Source: Bacillota bacterium (GTDB lineage: Bacteria > Bacillota > Syntrophomonadia > Syntrophomonadales > DTU052). Taken from it: DNA of 64,000 nt. The notes below the pieces were generated by a model. The model worked only from the letters and a program-made list of their open reading frames with translations. It did no database searches and was not told the origin of the DNA. Each line of letters begins with the position of its first letter. Position 1 is the first letter of the stretch. This document shows, piece by piece, positions 37,994 through 46,829 of the stretch. The stretch lies in the NCBI GenBank assembly GCA_029781825.1, contig JAKOVY010000020.1, positions 24,449-88,448 of the forward strand, in the 5' to 3' direction. The translations under genes and the position numbers were made by a program.

Positions 37994-38479
37994 TTACTTG
38001 ACCCTGACCTTGCCTACCATGGTCACTGCTTGATGGGAAGTTATGGTCATACCCTCTTCAGGAAAGGCCAGATTGGAGCTCACTCCGGTGACCTTCAGGG
38101 TAATGGGATGGCTGTAAGCCTGGGTGTCAATCTCCAGCACATCTCCGGCCGTTACATAAAGCTTAACCCGGCTGGAGGACATTCTCCCCATCTCCCGGCC
38201 GTTTATCAAAATCCGCACCTTGTCGAGACAGGTATAATCCTGCAGTTCCAGATAGATGCTGCCCGGTGAAGAGGTGCTGCAGGGGATCTCCAGAATCTCA
38301 CCCGGTTCGGTGATGGCAGCAGTTTCAACTAACGCCACCTGACCTTCAAGCCTCTCTCCGAGGCTCAAATAAAACCTGATACCGTCATTGGTCATCAAGC
38401 CCTGAACCACTACCAGGGCAATAAAACTGAAAATCAGCAGCCGAACCGCGCGTTTACCGATCTCGTCCATTATATTCAT
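37994..38479 (-). CDS. hypothetical membrane-anchored protein
   Basis: 161 aa with a single N-terminal TM and a beta-rich ectodomain. No family recognised. Confidence 0.45.
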   Translation of the reverse strand: MNIMDEIGKRAVRLLIFSFIALVVVQGLMTNDGIRFYLSLGERLEGQVALVETAAITEPGEILEIPCSTSSPGSIYLELQDYTCLDKVRILINGREMGRMSSSRVKLYVTAGDVLEIDTQAYSHPITLKVTGVSSNLAFPEEGMTITSHQAVTMVGKVRVK

Positions 38480-38566
38480 GCAGAATCAGCCCCACAGAGA
38501 GTCTCAACACTATGTTATGACTCCCATGGTCAATTTATCCCAGAAATAACGGGGTGGCGGACAGCA

Positions 38567-39313
38567 CTACCTGCTGTTGAGGATGGCACAGGCGAGGGCG
38601 GCGGCACCAAAGCCGTTGTCAATATTCACTACCCCGACCCCGGTGGCGCAGGAGTTGAGCATCGCTAAGAGTGCGGACAAGCCGCCAAAGTTGGCACCGT
38701 AACCTACGCTGGTAGGCACGGCAATAACCGGACGCGAAGTCAACCCTCCCACCACGCTGGGCAGAGCTCCGTCCATGCCGGCTACCACCACCAGCACCTG
38801 AGCCTGATTCAGCTCACCGATCCGATCCAACAGCCGGTGGATTCCGGCTACACCCACATCAAAAATGCGGTTAACGGTAGCCCCCATAACCTCCAAACTG
38901 CGGGCGGCTTCCTCCGCAACCGGGATGTCTGCAGTTCCGGCAGTGATAACGGCTACGGTACCCAGCCCGGAAACCGGGTTGTTGACTACTGTTATCATGC
39001 GAGAGCGTTCATCATACTGCGCCTGGGGTACCACCCGAACCACAGCGTCGTAGATTTCCGCCTCCGCCCTGGTTGCGATCACATTCTGGCGGGCTTGGTG
39101 CAGATGGGAAATGAGCTCGGCCACCTCCTGCGGGGTTTTGCCGGGGCAATAGATTACTTCCGGAAAGTTGTCACGCAGTGCCCGGTGACTGTCAAGTTTG
39201 GCATATCCCAGGTCCTGAAACGGCAGGATTTTGAGGGCATCCATTGCTTCATCCACCGACAGCTTTTGATCCGCCAGTTCCTGAAGGATCTTGCGCAGAC
39301 GGTCCTTGTTCAT
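38567..39313 (-). CDS. larB: nickel-pincer cofactor biosynthesis protein LarB (PurE-like NaAD carboxylase/hydrolase family)
   Basis: Start re-set to ATG 39313, after GGGGGAGGAAG, giving 248 aa. Motifs LGYAKLDSHR, FPEVIYCPGKT, VITAGTADIPVAEEA and AGMDGALPSVVGG. Confidence 0.8.
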   Translation of the reverse strand: MNKDRLRKILQELADQKLSVDEAMDALKILPFQDLGYAKLDSHRALRDNFPEVIYCPGKTPQEVAELISHLHQARQNVIATRAEAEIYDAVVRVVPQAQYDERSRMITVVNNPVSGLGTVAVITAGTADIPVAEEAARSLEVMGATVNRIFDVGVAGIHRLLDRIGELNQAQVLVVVAGMDGALPSVVGGLTSRPVIAVPTSVGYGANFGGLSALLAMLNSCATGVGVVNIDNGFGAAALACAILNSR

Positions 39314-39406
39314 TCGCTTCCTCCCCCTTGAATACAATTCGACCGCTAAAAGCGCGGCCGAACCAGCACTACTTTTGGTTTTCAAATGAGTTCCGAGGCT
39401 CACCGG

Positions 39407-39928
39407 TCATTTCCAGTACTCAAGCTTTTTGTCGAGGTAGGCCTTGTAGGCCTTCAGTTCTTCATTGACCCTGAACAGTAATCTTTCAATGTCCAGCTTG
39501 TTCAATGTGAGGTGACTGGGTTCAAGTATCTCTACTTTGCGGAATTCTTCTTTCATGATAAAGTGAACCGCATCTTCAATAGTATCGGCGGTAAACTCGA
39601 TCCACACCGGCGCATACGCTACCGTTACGCCCTTGAGTTCATCATACACAGTGTACACTTCATCGTTCATTATTATATCGTCGACCTGTATGCCCTGCAC
39701 CGGGACATTCCGCAACAGAGCCACCTGCTGCTCCCTGTTCCGTTCCGCAAGTTCTTCCACACTCTTTGACCTGAAAGGAAAGCGGTTTTGTTTGGCCCAA
39801 CCTTTATAATCAAATCTTACCCGCAGCTTCAATTTGCCAACCGTTTCTTCCGCATTAATTATGGACCTCACCCAATCCCTCCCGTCAAGGATATCCGAGT
39901 CTGACCTTAATTCTCCCTGCACCGGCAC
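39407..39928 (-). CDS. conserved hypothetical protein (173 aa)
   Basis: GTG start 9 nt after the CobT-like stop, and the gene ends 94 nt before the re-set larB start (39313). Not recognised as any family. Confidence 0.5.
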   Translation of the reverse strand: MPVQGELRSDSDILDGRDWVRSIINAEETVGKLKLRVRFDYKGWAKQNRFPFRSKSVEELAERNREQQVALLRNVPVQGIQVDDIIMNDEVYTVYDELKGVTVAYAPVWIEFTADTIEDAVHFIMKEEFRKVEILEPSHLTLNKLDIERLLFRVNEELKAYKAYLDKKLEYWK

Positions 39929-39936
39929 AAATCCTG

Positions 39937-40863
39937 CTAAATTCTGAAATCATTCGCCAATTCCAGCAGAAACAAACCCAAGCCCGCAGCCAATCCTTCC
40001 CCGTAACCCAGATTAAGGTTCATGAGCGGTGTTAACCCCAGCTCATTCAGCACCCCAAGGTGTGCTCTCTCCCGCGTCAGGGTGGGAGCGATCAACACCC
40101 TCGCGCTGCGGTCGTCCAGGTGATACGCTACCAGCGCGGCCACCGCAGATACAAAACCGTCCAGCATCACCGGTATGTTCAACCGGCAGGCACCCAGGAT
40201 GGCTCCGGCCATAGCGATTAGCTCCGAACTGCCGACCTCCTCCAGCATGCCCAGCACATGATGGGAATTATCTTTTTGGCGCCGGGCAATGCTCGTAACC
40301 AGCCTCAGCCGATGCTCAAACAGGTCACCGCTGTTGTCCGAACCCCAGCCTACCACCTGCGATGGAGGCAGTCCCAGGAGTTCAACTGTCAATGCATATG
40401 CCGACAGAGTATTGCCGACACCGATCTCCCCAAGCCCCAGCGCGGATTTGCCCCGTCCCGCCATCATTTCAACCGCTGCCTCTCCGGCGTGCAGAGACTT
40501 TACCACCTGTTCCCGGCTGAGAGCCGGGCCTTCCAGAATATTGCCCGTGCCCTGCACGGCTTTGAGTCCGGTTATCAGCCTCTCCGAGTCAAAGGGGATA
40601 TCCCGGGCCAATCCTACATCGATTATCCATTCTTCACGGTTCAAGCGCTGCATAAGTCGAGCCGTCGGGGAACGTCCCGTCAGATGGCTGACCACTATGC
40701 TGCAGGAACTCATCGGCTCGTAGAAACTAAGGTTTTCCCTGGATACGCCGTTGTCTCCTGCAAAAACCATCAGGGCGTAATCAAGCGGCTCGAGAGCAAT
40801 GTTTAACCGTTTGAGCTTGTCTTGCAAAAGGCCGATATTCCCCAAAGAGCCATGGAGATCCAC
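39937..40863 (-). CDS. CobT-like nicotinate-nucleotide phosphoribosyltransferase family protein (short, 308 aa)
   Basis: Motifs FAGDNGVS, GLGEIGVGNT and MLDGFVSAVAALVAY resemble the CobT/TIGR00303-type family. Confidence 0.65.
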   Translation of the reverse strand: MDLHGSLGNIGLLQDKLKRLNIALEPLDYALMVFAGDNGVSRENLSFYEPMSSCSIVVSHLTGRSPTARLMQRLNREEWIIDVGLARDIPFDSERLITGLKAVQGTGNILEGPALSREQVVKSLHAGEAAVEMMAGRGKSALGLGEIGVGNTLSAYALTVELLGLPPSQVVGWGSDNSGDLFEHRLRLVTSIARRQKDNSHHVLGMLEEVGSSELIAMAGAILGACRLNIPVMLDGFVSAVAALVAYHLDDRSARVLIAPTLTRERAHLGVLNELGLTPLMNLNLGYGEGLAAGLGLFLLELANDFRI

Positions 40864-40945
40864 CGGATTACAGCCCCTACAACCATTTACGTTAATTACC
40901 GGTTCGAGCCTTCAACCCGGATCCGTGATGTTAAAGTGAGCCGGT

Positions 40946-41692
40946 TCATCCCCGCCTGTGCCGGGAATCTACCGTCCCGAGTGCCAGGTTTTTCATGGTC
41001 TCGACCTCATCCCTGGTCAACAAACGGTATTCCCCTTCCGGCACCCCCTTGAGATCCAGGGGGCCGAACCGTACTCTCACCAGTTCAATTACCGGGTGTC
41101 CTACTTCCATCAGCATTCTTTTGATCTGGCGTTTACGCCCTTCATGGAGCTCTATCTCCAACAGGGTATCCTGTTTCGATTGTTTCAGCACCTTCACACG
41201 CGCCGGAAGAGTGGGAACCCCATCCAATAGGATTCCCTGCTGCAGCTTCTTTATTGCATCTCGAGCAACCTTACCCCGGCACCGGGCATGATACACTTTG
41301 GCGATATGATAGCGAGGGTGGGACATGAGGTTGGCAAAATCGCCGTCATTGGTCAGCAGCAAAAGTCCCCGGGTATCATAATCCAAACGGCCCACAGGAA
41401 AGAGCCGTTCCTTCACCTCGGGCAGGAGGTCCAACACTGTTTTGCGGCCGCGCTCATCCTTGACGCTGGATATATAGCCTGCCGGTTTATTGAGGAGGAG
41501 ATAAATGCTTCTCTCCAAGCTAATCGGCTTCCCGTTGACACTAACCACATCAGAATCGGGATCAATTACCGTACCCGGCTCCGTTATCACCCTGCCGTTT
41601 ACCGCAACCAATCCCTGCTTTATCAGCTCTTCAGCTTTTCTCCGGGAGGTTATCCCTGCCCTGGCCAAAGCCTTTGCTAATCTCGTCTCCAT
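40946..41692 (-). CDS. rluB: pseudouridine synthase (RsuA/RluB family) with N-terminal S4 domain
   Basis: 248 aa with RLAKALARAGITSRRKAEELI (S4) and the catalytic motif VGRLDYDTRGLLLLTNDG. Confidence 0.85.
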   Translation of the reverse strand: METRLAKALARAGITSRRKAEELIKQGLVAVNGRVITEPGTVIDPDSDVVSVNGKPISLERSIYLLLNKPAGYISSVKDERGRKTVLDLLPEVKERLFPVGRLDYDTRGLLLLTNDGDFANLMSHPRYHIAKVYHARCRGKVARDAIKKLQQGILLDGVPTLPARVKVLKQSKQDTLLEIELHEGRKRQIKRMLMEVGHPVIELVRVRFGPLDLKGVPEGEYRLLTRDEVETMKNLALGTVDSRHRRG

Positions 41693-41811
41693 CTTCCTTT
41701 CAGTTTGAATTCTCTTGTGCTAAACGGTGTGGAGTTCCCCTGAAAAATCCGGGGCTTGAAATTAGAACTGCCCTCGCCCGGTACAGGAATATTTCAACCT
41801 AAACCCGAATA

Positions 41812-42669
41812 TCAGCTGAGTTCAGCCAGGTTTTTGGCCAGCTTGGCCAGCGAATCAACCATTTCCTGCACCTGCTGAATGTTGGCCGAAACCTCCTGGG
41901 TTGAGGCTGCCTGCTTCTGGGTGATGTTTCCGGATTCGGCCACACCTTTGATTATAGTCTGCATGGATTTTTCTATATTGCCCAAAACGGGGGCGATCCT
42001 TTCCACAGATGCAGTGCTGTCTTCCGCGAGTTTGCGCACTTCGTCCGCAACCACGGCAAAACCGCGTCCCTGCTCTCCTGCGCGGGCGGCTTCAATAGCG
42101 GCATTAAGTCCCAGAAGCTTGGTCTGCTGGGCAACCGTTCTGATAAAATCCAGTACCTCTCCGGTCTCACCCAAATGGCTCTGTGCGATGTTGGCCGATT
42201 CCATCAACTGGGCTCCCTGGTCGGCAATCCTGACGGCAGATGCTGCCACCTCCTGCACGGTTGCGCCCACCTCGGCAACGGCTTGAGCCAATCTCTCCGC
42301 AGTCCGGGAAAGGTTTTCCGCCTCCACGTGCAGTTTGTTTATCATTTCCTCGCGGGACTCGATCAGCATCATCACTATGTTGGCAGCGTGGGAATCAATC
42401 AGGGCGGTATGAGCACTCTTCTTTTCTTCGATAATTTTTCTAACGTTTTCGTTGCCCGTCGCTTCAAAAATTACATCCAGGTTAGTCTGATTGGTGATTC
42501 CCTCAAGATCCGTAAACGCTTTTACTCCCAGTTCCCTTGCCGTTTTCATACCAGGAGCATCGGCATTGACATCACATATGCCAACTACGTTAATGTCGGG
42601 AATTCCGGCCAAAGCCTTCAGAATTGATGTTCCTCCCTTTCCGGCCCCAACTATCGCTACATTGGCCAT
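41812..42669 (-). CDS. soluble methyl-accepting chemotaxis protein-type signalling protein with an N-terminal Rossmann-like domain
   Basis: 285 aa with no TM. The N-terminus is [20 protein letters not shown]...VVGICDV. The C-terminus has the MCP hairpin tip [35 protein letters not shown]. Confidence 0.75.
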   Translation of the reverse strand: MANVAIVGAGKGGTSILKALAGIPDINVVGICDVNADAPGMKTARELGVKAFTDLEGITNQTNLDVIFEATGNENVRKIIEEKKSAHTALIDSHAANIVMMLIESREEMINKLHVEAENLSRTAERLAQAVAEVGATVQEVAASAVRIADQGAQLMESANIAQSHLGETGEVLDFIRTVAQQTKLLGLNAAIEAARAGEQGRGFAVVADEVRKLAEDSTASVERIAPVLGNIEKSMQTIIKGVAESGNITQKQAASTQEVSANIQQVQEMVDSLAKLAKNLAELS

Positions 42670-42805
42670 TGCTCAAGCCCCCTTATGCTTGGTTTTCGAA
42701 AATTAATTCGACATTTCACAAACTTTTCCTGTAACTTTGCCGTAAATTCATCATTGCATACAAATTTTTTTGGGGCAAGGGGGTAGGTTAAATCCCATAC
42801 CTCCT

Positions 42806-43342
42806 TCATCGAAAGAGAGCATTGCATATATATATAGACGCAATCAATCCGCTGATGTCGGCAACAAGCCCGGTTATTACCGAATAGCGGTACTTGGAAA
42901 TCCCCACCGAACCAAAGTAGACGGTGAGCACATAGAAGGTGGTATCAGTAGAACCCTGCATGGTGCTGGCCAGCCTCCCGATAAACGAATCGGGGCCGAA
43001 TGTCTTCATTAATTCGGTGGCCATGCCCAGAACGCCGCTGCCTGACAGCGGACGCATGAAGGCCAGAGGCAGTACTTCCGCCGGAGCACCAAGCCTCACC
43101 AGCAGGGGCTCACATGCGTGGCTGACAACATCCAGGGCCCCGGATGCGCGAAAAACAGAAATGGATACCAGCATCCCCACCAGGAACGGTATGATTTTGA
43201 CCCCGACACCAAAGCCCTCTTCGGCACCTTCGACAAATGCCTCATAGACCGGAACCTTTTTTATGATTCCCCACAGAGGCACCAGGAAGAGCAGCATAGG
43301 TATTGCCCAACGGGATATGACGTCAAGTATGGATAAAAACAT
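42806..43342 (-). CDS. spmB: spore maturation protein B
   Basis: 178 aa polytopic protein of the nucleoside-recognition (Gate) family, immediately after spmA. Confidence 0.8.
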   Translation of the reverse strand: MFLSILDVISRWAIPMLLFLVPLWGIIKKVPVYEAFVEGAEEGFGVGVKIIPFLVGMLVSISVFRASGALDVVSHACEPLLVRLGAPAEVLPLAFMRPLSGSGVLGMATELMKTFGPDSFIGRLASTMQGSTDTTFYVLTVYFGSVGISKYRYSVITGLVADISGLIASIYICNALFR

Positions 43343-43344
43343 GG

Positions 43345-43932
43345 TCAGAACGCCCTGCGGTTAGCCCGGCGGAATACGTAGTCAACCAGTACCGCCATAA
43401 TCATGGAGCAGCTGGTGGCAAAAATAGTTGTACCCACGATTTCTGTGGGATTGGCGGAATTGAAATTGACCCGTACCGCGATTATGGTAGCGGGAATTAA
43501 GGTAATACAGGAGGTATTTAGTGCCAGGAAGGTGCACATGGCCTCAGAGGCTTCCTTACGACCACCGTTCAGCTTTTGCAACTCCTGCATTGCCTTCAAC
43601 CCAAAGGGGGTAGCCGCCGAACCCAAACCCAGGATGTTGGCGGACAGATTCATTATGATGGCCCCGAGGGCCGGATGATCCGAGGGAACAGAAGGAAACA
43701 GCCGCACCATAACAGGCCGGACCAGACGGGAAAGAGCTTCGATAAGCCCCGCTTTTTCCCCGATGCGCATTATGCCCAGCCACAAACACATAACCCCGAT
43801 GAGGTTGATACAAATGGCCACCGCATCGTTGGCCGACTGCAGTGCTGTCTGGGTCACTACCTCAATGTTTCCGTTCAGGGCCGCAACCACGATACCTGAC
43901 AGGAGCAAGGCAAGCCATATATAGTTCAGCAT
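43345..43932 (-). CDS. spmA: spore maturation protein A
   Basis: Start re-set to ATG 43932 (MLNYIWLALLLSGIVVAALNG). Gate-domain membrane protein. Confidence 0.8.
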   Translation of the reverse strand: MLNYIWLALLLSGIVVAALNGNIEVVTQTALQSANDAVAICINLIGVMCLWLGIMRIGEKAGLIEALSRLVRPVMVRLFPSVPSDHPALGAIIMNLSANILGLGSAATPFGLKAMQELQKLNGGRKEASEAMCTFLALNTSCITLIPATIIAVRVNFNSANPTEIVGTTIFATSCSMIMAVLVDYVFRRANRRAF

Positions 43933-43958
43933 AAAATTCCCCCCATAACCTTTTTTGT

Positions 43959-43986
43959 AAGCTATGAGGGGAAGTCCAAAATTAGA
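43959..43986 (-). promoter_or_regulatory. possible sigma-E promoter of spmAB
   Basis: The minus strand reads TCTAATT, 13 nt, CATAGCTT, about 25 nt upstream of the start. Match to consensus is only moderate. Confidence 0.3.
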
Positions 43987-44039
43987 ACTCTTTACCACCG
44001 GGGCTGACGCACCATTCCGGTAGGGAAAGATGACTCATG

Positions 44040-44450
44040 CTAGGATGGTGGTGCTTCCTTTTGCCGTCCTTTCATCAGGGCTTCGATCTTCTCCAGTATC
44101 TGAGGAGTGAGATCCACCACCCGTTCCGCCAGTTGGTTGCCCTTTACAGTCAAGAGGCGAACGTCATCCTTCACCACCAGAAATCCCACCGGTTTTACCG
44201 AAACTCCGGCACCGCTGCCGCCGCCAAAGGGCAAATATCCTTCTCCCTGAACCTGGGTGGCGGTAGCGGTCTCATACTCGGCTCCGCCGGCTGCAAAACC
44301 GCAGCTGACCTGGGAGATGGGTATAATTACGGCACCGGTTTTCGTCTCTACCGCATCCCCCACAACGGTGTTCACATCTATCATTTGTTTGATGCTTTCC
44401 ATGGCGGTATTCATTAAATTCTCAATGGGATGACTACCGGTCTTCTCCAA
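44040..44450 (-). CDS. ytfJ: sporulation protein YtfJ (GerW family)
   Basis: 136 aa with a TTG start 8 nt after AAGGAGG. Contains VIIPISQVSCGFAAGGAEY. Confidence 0.85.
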   Translation of the reverse strand: MEKTGSHPIENLMNTAMESIKQMIDVNTVVGDAVETKTGAVIIPISQVSCGFAAGGAEYETATATQVQGEGYLPFGGGSGAGVSVKPVGFLVVKDDVRLLTVKGNQLAERVVDLTPQILEKIEALMKGRQKEAPPS

Positions 44451-44484
44451 GAAATTGCCTCCTTATTCTAAGAATGGATATTCA

Positions 44485-44514
44485 TAATATGAGCCTTTTC
44501 TCCCGCCGCTATTC
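44485..44514 (-). promoter_or_regulatory. forespore (sigma-G/sigma-F-type) promoter of ytfJ
   Basis: The minus strand reads GAATA, 18 nt, CATATTA, which fits GHATR-N17/18-CATnHTA. About 35 nt upstream of the TTG start. Confidence 0.45.
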
Positions 44515-44624
44515 AGTGCCAATCCCCGCCAATAATTTATATACCGCCCGCCCCGTTTACTGTATACTTGATAAAGGTACGTAACCTCTCCTTTAATACA
44601 GCACCGCTGCAACGGGAGGAAGCT

Positions 44625-45188
44625 ATGGACATCCCTGATGAAACTCTGGCTGTTCAAATCCTGAACGGAGATACGCATGCCTTTGAGATATTGCTCAACC
44701 GCTATCAAAAGCTGGTCTTCAAAACCGCCTACCGCATGATGGGACAGAAGGAGGAAGCCGAGGACATTGCTCAGGAAGTCTTTCTCACCATTTACAGCAA
44801 GGCCCATCAGTTCAACCCCCAAAAGAAGTTTTCTTCCTGGCTGTACCGCATAACCCTGAACGCCTGTATCAGCAGACTGCGCAGCAAGAGACCGACCGTC
44901 TCCGGCTTTTCTGATGAAGCCGTATATGGAGCAGCGGACGGTGCGCAGGGCAGGCTAAACCCTCTGACGGTTCTGCAGCAAAACGAGTTGGCTCAGCATA
45001 TATGGAAAGCCGTGGGCGAACTGCCTGAAAACTACCGGATTATACTGATCCTGCGTTATCAGATGGATTTCTGCAATCAGGAAATAGCAGACATCCTCGG
45101 AATAAAGAAGGATAACGTGGAGGTGAGAATACACCGGGCGCGCAAAGCCCTGCGCAAGCAGTTGTTGAACAGGGATATAAGATTGTAG
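44625..45188 (+). CDS. ECF-type sigma-70 family RNA polymerase sigma factor
   Basis: Start re-set to ATG 44625, after GGGAGGAAG, giving 187 aa. Region 2 (FEILLNRYQKLVFKTAYRMMG...AEDIAQEVFL) and region 4 (ENYRIILILRY...NQEIADILG) are present. Confidence 0.8.
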   Translation: MDIPDETLAVQILNGDTHAFEILLNRYQKLVFKTAYRMMGQKEEAEDIAQEVFLTIYSKAHQFNPQKKFSSWLYRITLNACISRLRSKRPTVSGFSDEAVYGAADGAQGRLNPLTVLQQNELAQHIWKAVGELPENYRIILILRYQMDFCNQEIADILGIKKDNVEVRIHRARKALRKQLLNRDIRL

Positions 45189-45278
45189 GCTGTTTAAGGG
45201 CCGTAAATAATAATCATACCGGGCTTAATCCTCGGCCTTAAGGGATACGGCCAAGAACTCGGGCTTTATAATCGGATA

Positions 45279-45956
45279 TCAGGTTGCACAATCAATTTCC
45301 GCCCTCCGTGAACCGTCCGGGAGGGATGTAGTCCGACGGTACAGGAAGTATGTCACCGGTATAACCACTGACAGGTATGCCAGGCGAAGTGAGATTTCAC
45401 AGTGAAAGATGCTCTCCATCCTCCTGCCGTCGAAGTTGGGCACAACTTCGATCTGCGGCCGGTGAAGCCTGCTCAGGCATGATAACAGAGCCAGAATCCA
45501 TCCTTTAAGTGTCCACAGGGTACCTGCAGTCAGGGCGGTGTGCATGGCATCATCGAATCCCACCACGCTCCTCCATCTTATCATCCTTATATTGACTGCA
45601 GACCTCATCATCCGGAACAACCAGGGTCGCCGCTTAATCTCCCGGCGCAGCATCATACCCTGTTTTATTTGCTTGCGGATGGCCGGTAACGCCATACTTC
45701 GCCAACCTTGAGCCAGTCGCTTGCCCCTCGCGGCTTCTTCGGTCTGCTTCCACCCTACGGCCGGTTCACCGCGATCGAAACCGGTTATGAGTTGATCCAG
45801 GGTAAACTCTCTTCTCAGGAGTCTTCGCACCAGAATGACTTCAATATGTAATCCGCTGTTTTCCACCCCGACCCTGGCTTCCACGATCACCCTGATATTA
45901 ACCAACAGCAGGATGAAAAGAAAAAGAGCAAAGCCGATTACCACCCACTTAAACAT
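45279..45956 (-). CDS. ytfI: DUF2953 (YtfI-like) sporulation-associated membrane protein
   Basis: 225 aa with an N-terminal TM and the block VVGFDDAMHTALTAGTLWTLKGWIL, recalled as DUF2953. It is the usual partner of ytfJ. Confidence 0.55.
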   Translation of the reverse strand: MFKWVVIGFALFLFILLLVNIRVIVEARVGVENSGLHIEVILVRRLLRREFTLDQLITGFDRGEPAVGWKQTEEAARGKRLAQGWRSMALPAIRKQIKQGMMLRREIKRRPWLFRMMRSAVNIRMIRWRSVVGFDDAMHTALTAGTLWTLKGWILALLSCLSRLHRPQIEVVPNFDGRRMESIFHCEISLRLAYLSVVIPVTYFLYRRTTSLPDGSRRAEIDCAT

Positions 45957-46104
45957 TGCTCCACTCTCGCCTATTTTTTCCTATGTTGCCCTGATAATCC
46001 TGGACATTATACCTTCGGACCGTGGGTTGGAAACCGCTTTGTCTAAGAAGCCAAGGTCTCAAGGCGGTTTTATGACAAGCTCCCGGATAACCTTTAGTAT
46101 GGAT

Positions 46105-46545
46105 TTAACCGTTCGTGTCGGGTCGCAGATAAAAAGTGCCCTTGCCCTTGGCGGCCAGCTCGCCGTTTTCAGTATACAATGAGGCCTCAATTACGGCCGT
46201 CTTTTTCCCTGCATAGACTACGCGCCCTTCAGCGGTAACCACAGTATTTTCCATGACCGGCGCAATGTAGTTTACGCTCATTTCCAGAGTAACGCCCCTT
46301 CTGCCGCTGGCTTCCATGGATAATCCCATAGCATTATCAATCAGACCGGCTATTACGGCGCCGTGAATGGATCCCATATGATTGGAAAATTTGGGGTCAC
46401 AAAACATCTTCAGCCCGGCCGTTCCCGGTCCCAAATATGTAATGCTTATCCCCATGGTGTGCAAAGCGGTATTGTGCTCAGCCGTAGACAGAATATCACG
46501 AAAAAGCTGTTCATCAATCCCCAGGTTTTGAGTTTCGGTATTCAT
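46105..46545 (-). CDS. PaaI-family hotdog thioesterase
   Basis: 146 aa with GSIHGAVIAGLIDNAMG. Confidence 0.8.
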   Translation of the reverse strand: MNTETQNLGIDEQLFRDILSTAEHNTALHTMGISITYLGPGTAGLKMFCDPKFSNHMGSIHGAVIAGLIDNAMGLSMEASGRRGVTLEMSVNYIAPVMENTVVTAEGRVVYAGKKTAVIEASLYTENGELAAKGKGTFYLRPDTNG

Positions 46546-46829
46546 CCAGATACATTCCTTTCTATATTAAATCTCTTTTCTTTCACCGACGATTTACAGG
46601 ACATTCCCTGTACACGCCTGCCTCCATCTTTTATCTTATCAGTTTCTCGGCATAGAAAAACGAAGCATGCCGACTCAGGGTTCTTTTGACACCCATGATA
46701 GGGCATAACCTAAAAAGCTGGATTGGCAATTATCTTAAAAAGTGGGGTTGTAAGGAACATGCAATGTCGATTAACATTTAGTCAGGTTTCTTTTTCCCAT
46801 AACAGCAACCCTGCTCAGGAGGTTTCTTT

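Noticed and set aside
42670-42805. A sigma-D (sigma-28) promoter upstream of the MCP-like gene.
   Set aside because: There is no TAAA-N15-GCCGATAA match. The closest string, GTCGAATT, lacks a correctly spaced -35 element.
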